Part shown: piece after piece, positions 51,229 to 64,000 of the stretch
Layout of the letters: each line of letters starts with the position of its first letter
Position numbering within the stretch: position 1 is the stretch's first letter
NCBI GenBank assembly: GCA_904063045.1
Contig: CAJFCJ010000027.1
Span: forward strand, 434,001-498,000
Length of the DNA stretch: 64,000 nucleotides
Reading direction: 5' to 3'
Origin: Dimorphilus gyrociliatus
Taxonomy: Eukaryota; Animalia; Annelida
The notes under the pieces: generated by a model
Database searches by the model: none
What the model saw: the letters and a program-made list of their open reading frames with translations, nothing else
Told to the model about the DNA's origin: nothing
Position numbers and translations under genes: made by a program

Positions 51229-55549
<4,321 letters not shown>

Positions 55550-55706
55550 AACTCATAGTCTTATATTTTCTGTCTGTCTTCTTATATCTATATCTCATTT
55601 TCTCTCTCCCTCCTTTCTACCAATTGCCATTCCACTTTCCGCTCCCCATCCTTTTCTCTCCCTACCCTACACCTTATCTCTCCCCTCCTTCTCTCTCTCT
55701 ATATAT

Positions 55707-55737
<31 letters not shown>

Positions 55738-56113
55738 TGATAGTCGTGTTTGTCAACCTGCTTAATTAATTAAGAAAAGAATCGTAATTGTCGATTTCGT
55801 GTTTTTCCTTTTCAACACTTATAACCACCATAATACACTATCTGATTAATTATATGCCAACTCTATAATAATTTAGATGGGTAGGAAAGGGAAAGTGGAA
55901 AGTTTTGGAATAATAGGAGTTAAAATCAGGATGAGGGAGACATCAGCCTTTATGCAAAACAACGCGAGCAATGACTTTCCTGGATAGAAAACACTGTAGT
56001 GTGTATAAATAGTAGGAGAAATGACTTTTTCTATTGCTTTCTAATAATAATCGTAGGTATGTATGTTTATTATAATTATAGAAATACTTGACAAACATTA
56101 ATATTGTATAGAC

Positions 56114-56145
<32 letters not shown>

Positions 56146-59100
56146 TCATAAATATAGAAAACCTTCTATGTACTGAATATAAACTGCTTTTTATTGTCTT
56201 TCACAGTACATACACCGTATAACATAGCATACAATAAACAATCTTTATAACAGGTAAAAGCAAATATAACATTAGAGACAAAAATCATTATTTAATCGTT
56301 ATTTCGCTAATAACAATCTAGAGAATTTGTAAATAGTAAAAGGATAATCATGAATTAGTAATATGTTTGAAATTTTATCCGTTGGTACTGTGTCCTTTAT
56401 ATATATATATTGTAGATATATGTATATACTTATTAATAAACACCTGTTACATTTATTCTGTTGCCCCGAAGTAAAAAAATTGAAAAGGAAAAAAGAAATA
56501 GAAAGTAGATGGATAGACGATTGATTAATTGATTGCACGAATGGCTGAATGAATGAATTTATAAATGAATGAAATAGTAATCGATATTTCAATGTGAGAA
56601 TATATTTATTTTTATATTTCTTCCTGTGAGTCGTCTTAGAGAAAGCAAACTTCTTGTCTTTTTCTTTTAAAAGCATAAGAATTAGGTAAATTAACATAAA
56701 CACGCGATGAAAATTTTTATTACGTTCTAAATTATACTAATTCTTTCCTTCATGTTTCTCTCTTCCTCTCACTCATTTAATATCATTTCTTTCTCTCTAG
56801 TTATCTTTACTTAACTCCTTCTTTTTTTCCTTGCTTTACTTTACTCCATGGCTTTTATGGTATAAAAATCGATTGTGATTATTATTAGAATTTTTCAGTC
56901 TTTGTTAGACAAGTCACAAGACTTTGAGTATTCTGACTCGTGACTGGAATATCCTGTATATATTTACCTGAGCAATTTATAAATAATTTGGTATTTTATT
57001 AAAAAAAAAGACAACATTTCTGATAATTAACTGAAAAAAAGGAAAATCTACTTATTTTGTTTTCTTTATCTTTTCTTATAATAAAACATTATGAAACATT
57101 TATCTTGGATTTCCTTTTGAGAAGATAATAATAGTAATTTAAGGCAATCTAATAAGAAATTATATCTAAAATAACAATGTCAAGGACAGATTTAACTATC
57201 TAAAGGGATATTCTTCATGCTATCCTATGTCATTTCTCATTCTCTTCTCACAACTAATTCTATATATTTCACTTATTTTGCTCTTTATAGTTTTTAAAAC
57301 CCGTCAAACTATTTTATTTTATTTGTTTTACTCTTCATTATCTTGTATTTGTACTTTGAAAAGGAAATTTACCGCATTATCGGTACTCGAATATTCTTTT
57401 TTTATTGAACAATAGAAATATTTCCTATGTTACTGAGTGCATTTAAACTTAAAATCAAGGCACTTTTGAATGTTTTCTTATACTGGCTAATCATAACTAT
57501 CACTAAGATTGTATGTTAGTTTAGTTAAACATAATTCAAGAATCATAATTAAACCCTTATTGGTTACATATTGTATATACAGTATATAAACTCTTTTAAT
57601 ATTATGCATCAGTCTAAAATAAAGGATATAACACATATAAAATCAAAGAATACATTAACATATAAGGATATTTATACTAATTTATGCTTCTTACATCTAT
57701 ATAATTCAAATCAAAACTGGTTTGAATGATTAACAAGTTTCATGGAACAAATTTTGCAAAACTAGTATTTTTGCTTATAGAATTCCACTAGGGAATAGGC
57801 CTTTTAACATTCATAAAATTGATTTTTTTTGGTTGATATTTCAAGGGAATGTAGATTAATATATGCAGTTTTTTTAAGTATATGAAAAAAATTTTATACT
57901 TTAACTGGGAAATTTGCTTTCAATTTATTGACAGAGACTAAAAATTCAAATGAATACAATGCTCTAAAAAAACGGTATATAGGACAAAGTTATATATTGA
58001 ATAGAGAGCTCTAAGAACTCAACCAAGTATTGAATATGTTTTCAGTTAAATATGAATAAACAAAGAATAAGGTGGTTATTTATTAAATATTATGAAATTG
58101 TCTCATTTCTCATAGATACACCCACTTATTGTATGTAAGGATAAAGAGACATCTACTGTATTTACAATATAGATGAAGGGTCTATGAAATTCATAGTAGA
58201 TATTCCTTATATTCTATTTGATGTCGCCTGAAATTCTGGTACTTTTTGGTCTGTACATGTTGAATTGTACAATAAACCAAAAATTGTCACGATTTTCACT
58301 TGTTTAATCATACTTGAAATAAATAAATAGCATATTTTTTTGCAGAATAAGCTGAATAGAGTGAATAGAGGCCCATTTCCTAAAAAAGACTTGTTTTCTT
58401 GTTGTATGTATAAACGTATGCATATACTTGGGAGGGGGAGAGAAATAGCGACACGAAGATATTCTATAAAAAGAGAAAATATTTTATGATTTTATAGGGA
58501 GAATAACTTTCTTTTCTCTCCTTTTCGAGATCCTATTCTCTAATTTCAATTTCTTTTCTTTGCCTTTATTTCTCTGTTTGTCTTTTAGGTAACACTTCCC
58601 TTTATTATATACGGTTTTACTTTTGCTTCCTCTGTTTTGTAGCATCATCTTTTCATTTCTTTATCAATAATTAATACTATTCTTGAAATGATAGAATGAA
58701 CAAAAGATAAAGAAGTAGAAGGCAAACACGATAGAAAATAAAAGGCAAACAATAATCTTTCATTTTTATTACTACGTTCTATTCTGTAAGTCTATTGTGT
58801 TGCTATAAATGTAACATATGTAGGGAAGGAAATATCAAAATGGAATAGTCTAGAGAGCGAAAAATTTGAAATGAGTATATACTTAAGCCGTTATATCAGG
58901 CTATTAAATAAATGAAGGCTTTATAATTGATAAGGGAGTGAACGAAAAAAATTGAACTACTATTTCTTTCAAACATTTTAGCTAGGCCTACTTTTTAATT
59001 TATTCCAAAATGTAATATGGGTAGATTCTTAATCAGGTTAGTAAAACAAAGTAACCAAAGACATTGTATATATATTTGACGAGTATGTTTAGTTTAGTAA

Positions 59101-59417
59101 AAGTTTAAAAGGAACGTTTCGAAGTAGAGATTAAGAACTTTTCAATGGGATTTTTTAAGCCTAGCACCAAAAAAACTGTTAAAGAATAACTGCCCAATCT
59201 GTTTTACATACATTTACTAATGTAGAATCCAGAGAGCTTAATATAGGCTAAATTAAATTCTAAAACGGGATATATATAGATCAGAGAATTAAACTGATTT
59301 GCATTACATCAAAGTTGAAAACTAATTAGAGATACAATTTAAAAAAATATAAAGACAAACTTTTATAAGAAATTCAATAGTAATAGATTTTTTATTGTTT
59401 ATAAAGATATCTCTCTC

Positions 59418-59423
59418 TATATA

Positions 59424-59475
<52 letters not shown>
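59418..59475. repeat. (TA)n microsatellite, interrupted
   Basis: Long TA tract with G/C interruptions. Confidence 0.9.
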
Positions 59476-59477
<2 letters not shown>

Positions 59478-62400
59478 TAAGTATATACATTATTCCTTTT
59501 ATGTTAATTCTATATGTATCATTATGATTTTAATAGAATTTTAACAGCTGATAGGCTACTTTTATATTTTTTGTATGTAACATATTTAACCTTTCGCTTA
59601 TTCGAAATTTAGATAACTGGTAAACTTGAAATTTATATCTAAACATGTAGCATAGTATACTATAATTGTATAATATTTATGATTTGATACATATACAATT
59701 ACTAGATATGTTTATTCTTCTCTCCACATATTAAAAGTATCCAAAATATTTATAAATAGATATTATGCTTTACCTAGATTCTTATGGTTTCATATTGAAA
59801 TCTTTATATTTATAAATATAGTTTTTTTCTCTCCTTTACTCTCATTCTCTCTTTCTCTCTACCGTTCTCATATATATATTTTTTTCTCGTTAAACAATAG
59901 CTTTTTAATAGCCCATTTCCATTCAAAAATTTTTCCCTGGATCCCCTTCTCCCTCCTCATTCCTTCACAATTTCGTCAATAAATCTTACCCTCTATTTTA
60001 CTGCACTTAGCTCTATTCTTTCACGATGCTGCCCTAAACTCTTCAATTTTTCTTATATTTTTTACCGCCATCTGCCGGCCATATGCGGATTAAAAAATCT
60101 ATACAAACACCAACTGCGCAATTTACTCTAACTGTGAATTTAATTGTTCATTAAACGCATGAAATTTTGCAGTTATATCTTAATATCTATTACGATATTT
60201 CGGTTATAATTTTGAGTCAATTAGTTTAGCATAGGCTTAGGGATACGATAGATAACTATGAATAGGAATAACGAGCACGTCCATTAACTAGGTTAGTGTG
60301 CCTGTATTATATTGTGAAGAGACTGAATTTTAAAGTAGTTGAATACAAAGGTTAGATAGTCTTTGAAACTTTCATTTCTTACTGGTAACTTTTAAATATA
60401 ATTAAGGTATAAAATAAACTTCTCATAGTGAAGGAAATATGTATTAATTACCTACTTGTTTACGTAATATCGGGCAATAACCTCCAGAAAAGGCACTATT
60501 TACTCGAATCGAATATATCTTACTATAATTTAGGTAAAAAACAATTGTCTGTTGGCAGCATTGAAAGAAACGCTATTTCATTGATAAAATAGAAATAATA
60601 AAGGAAAGAACCAAGTTTAAGAATAAGTACGAGTTACTCGATCCATCATGTTATTTCAGTAAACATTTCTATTGTTTTTGATTTCTTTTAATCCGCTTTT
60701 TACACGCGCCTTTGGCTTTATTCTTTCCGTTTAATAATTAATATATAAACGCCAATATTCGAAGAAAAAAGGAATAAACTACTACAAGGGAAAAAAATCT
60801 CTTGTTAGCAAACATCCCAGGAATTGACTATATAGTATTTTTTTATTCGTCGTTTATTTATCCATCTCTAACTGTTTTTTTCCCTCCCCTCCCCTTATCC
60901 ACCCTTATGTTTTCTTCTCTAGTAAGCATATATAAAAACTCTCTTCCTATATCCTCGTTTTGCTACTTTTTTCACATGTAATTCGGTTAATGTTTTTCGG
61001 CCTATTATGCAAAGTATACAGGAAATTTTAGGTCTAAATAGGATAGCATGACGATTCCGCATGGTATGATTGTAACGTATGATTAATATCTGTGTGAAAT
61101 ACGTTCATATTGTAATTCGAGTCCCATCGGACTATTTGCTGTCGTGTTAAAATGAAATGGAAAACTATTTTGAAGGAAGAAGGGCTATTTATATGCATTA
61201 TACACACAAATATGTATTAAATATTATACAATGTATACAATATGTAAAGTGTAGGACTGTTTCTTCATTAGAAACGATAAAAGCTGTAATGTTTTAATGA
61301 ATTTTTGTAATTGTTTTTTTTTGCATAAAATATATTTAAACAAGTTTCTTTTTATAGATTTTCACTAGTCATACCACTTTTGTACCTCTTCAAGTCATTA
61401 TAACTATGAATAAAATTAATATATATATATATATATATAAAGAATATAAGTGTTAAAGGACAAAGTTCAGCACTATAAACAATCCTATATTTTCTATTAC
61501 ATAACGAGGTAATGATAAAATTTTTATAGATAAAAATTGCTAAAAGATAAAGATAACATGACATGAGAATAGGCGAATGTTTAAAAATGGTTTTATAAAA
61601 CTCTGTATCTTTTAAAGAAATTCAAGACTTTTTCAAATATATTTTAGTTCTTGTTCACTATTCACTATTCAAGCCTTTTATTATCTATCCTTGAGTTCGT
61701 ATGTTGTATATAACTGGTATTTTATTTATAAATATATATATATATATGTATTTTCTATTTTTTACTGCAGCACTCTACGTCCATTTCCATCCTGCTGTTC
61801 CCTCAATAATGCTCAGAGTGAAAAGTAATAAACACACTTACCATGAATAATAACCTATATTAGGAAATAACTTCTTTATGAAAATACAAAATTATTAATT
61901 TGCAACAGCAAAGTACTGTATTATTCTTATAACAAAGTATAGAAGAGAAATTATTATTTATGTATATTTTCAAACACTGACTTACCTATTCGCCCCATTT
62001 ATTTTTAGATATTTATGTTTAGCCTGTGATTTTCTATTCTTTAGTTGTTCAACACTTTTTACTTTCTGTTTGTAAGGTTTTTTCTTTTTTTTTTTTCACA
62101 AACATTGTTTGTTTGATAAAAAACATAAGAGAAAGGAGACTTTGACAAGTTTTCATTATTTTTCCCCTATTATTATTTGTAGTGTTTATTAATATTATTA
62201 CAATCGTTTTGCTTGTCCAGTGAACTTGGTGAAATGTATTTAAAAAATGGGTGGAGGCGCTTAAAGGTTGTGTTAATAACGTATATTCGTGATTTTGAAA
62301 GGGAGACTTGTATAGTTTATGAATCCATTGAATGCTTTCATATTCTACATATATGGTACATAGTCATTTATCAAACGTGTCGGAAAAGACGGTTTAGACG

Positions 62401-63793
62401 TAAAATACAGCCTATAGATCCACGTTAGATAGATATTGTTGTCTTAGACGGGACGATTAAACAACACTTCTCCATTTTAATTCATTCATAATATAAAGCT
62501 TGTCAATACATGTAGAGAACCTTCACCTTGAAATTATTTCTCGAATTTTCTTGTTTTCCGATAAGTCGACTAGTTTTGAATATGTATTATTTACTATTCA
62601 CCAAGACGTTATGCTGTCTACATGTTAAATATTCCAGAGTAGACAAATATTACGTATACAACGATTATATGTTTTGCTAGAAAAAATAGAGAAGAATAAA
62701 GGGAGGTAAAAGAGAGTTAGAAAGGGAAAGAAGAGGGAAGGATAATCTGAATAAAATAAGAAAGCTGAGGTATTGATTCTACTACAAAGAAAGTCAAGAA
62801 TGAATTAATTAGAATATTTAAGCTTACTCTATAAAAAAACAATTTATTATTAATAATTCTCTCTCCTAATTTATGTCTGTAAGCCTTTTATGCATAAAAA
62901 CTAATCTCTAAAGCAGATGTCGATCGATTTGCGATGCATTTCCGTTATAAGGAAGAAGTTATCAATAAGTTGATAATGACTTTCGAGGTTGAAAATGAGA
63001 TTGTTAAGAAAAGAAAAGAGTTTAGTTTGTAGTTATTGAATAGAAGTGAATAAGAATTAAAGGGCTTAAAAAAGGTACTTTTAATTAATAAAGGTAAATG
63101 AGAAATGAATTTTAGTAAATTATTCAAAAGGGATATATTTTTCCTTCCGTTTTATTTAACTATTAAATAGTTTCGTTCTATAAAAATTTTATAACCTGTC
63201 TAATGGTTTATATCATTTAGTCTTTCCCTACCGTGATGTTATTATCAAACTTCCGATATTCGTAACATTTAATGAAGAGAGGGGAAAGAAAGAGAAATAT
63301 CGCGTGAAATATTACAGGATGGAGAAAAAGAAATCAAGTTAACTATTAATGAGTTTCGACTAGCCTTAATTTCAATGAACCGTTAAAAAGAAAAGAAATT
63401 TCATAAGAATAACGAAAGTCAGTTGCATCAAGATAGAAAAATTATTGCTCCTTTAGGCTAAATGCTCTCATTTCTTATTCCAAAGTATTTATAATGTCAA
63501 AACAATAATAAATTCTAGTAAAGAATATACTAATTATTATTATATTGGGTATTATAATATCATTTCATAAACGATTTGCGTACAGTATGTCTATTGTATA
63601 TGAATATATATGAGTATATTTGTATGCTTATTTATCGCTTTTTCTATCTATCTATCTATGTGTCTGTCTAGCTTTCTTTCTCTCTCTTTTTCTCCTTTCT
63701 CTATCTGTACGTCTGTTTGTCTGTCTCTTTTCCTTTTCCACTTCCTCTCTCTTCACCTCTCAATATATTTATGTATATGTATGTATGTGGGTA

Positions 63794-63826
<33 letters not shown>

Positions 63827-64000
63827 ATAATACTGAATTAGGATCAGTAATCAATAGAATGTAACAGCTGTGTTTGTATGTATTGATTTATGAATGCACG
63901 AGGAAATGTTTTTATATGAAAAGTTTTGGAGCAGGCAGATGGGCGAATACTTAGGGGGATGAATATTTTTCTGACTTTTTAAATATAATATTTTTACAAT

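Overview
AT-rich (roughly 25-30% GC by eye), intron-containing DNA from an invertebrate bilaterian animal; no prokaryotic features. I hand-spliced four protein-coding genes (all GT-AG, frame-consistent, most exons missed or truncated by the ORF track). (1) A 5-exon class A neuropeptide GPCR of the GPR83/luqin-RYamide/leucokinin receptor neighbourhood (minus, 681-3783, 371 aa). (2) A 19-exon Slo1/BK potassium channel (plus, 11789-28802, 1131 aa, or 1079 aa without a cassette exon). (3) A short AXH-only ataxin-1 (minus, 34670-35678, 215 aa). (4) An NR5A/FTZ-F1 nuclear receptor (plus, last exon ending 55549) with at least two candidate alternative first coding exons. The best lead is the BK channel. 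Both Ca2+ sites, the voltage sensor, the GYG filter and the CxxCH heme motif are intact, but three of four Mg2+-site ligands are replaced (D99W, E374K, E399C, mouse numbering) and the S6 hinge glycines are lost (G310F, G311A). The non-coding DNA is rich in (TA)n/(GA)n microsatellites, carries many TA-CAG-TA/TA-CTG-TA motifs that look like Tc1/mariner excision footprints, and has about ten CTCF-like motifs. No tRNA, rRNA, snRNA, known miRNA or intact transposase was recognised. Residue numbering and family comparisons are from recalled reference sequences, not computed alignments.
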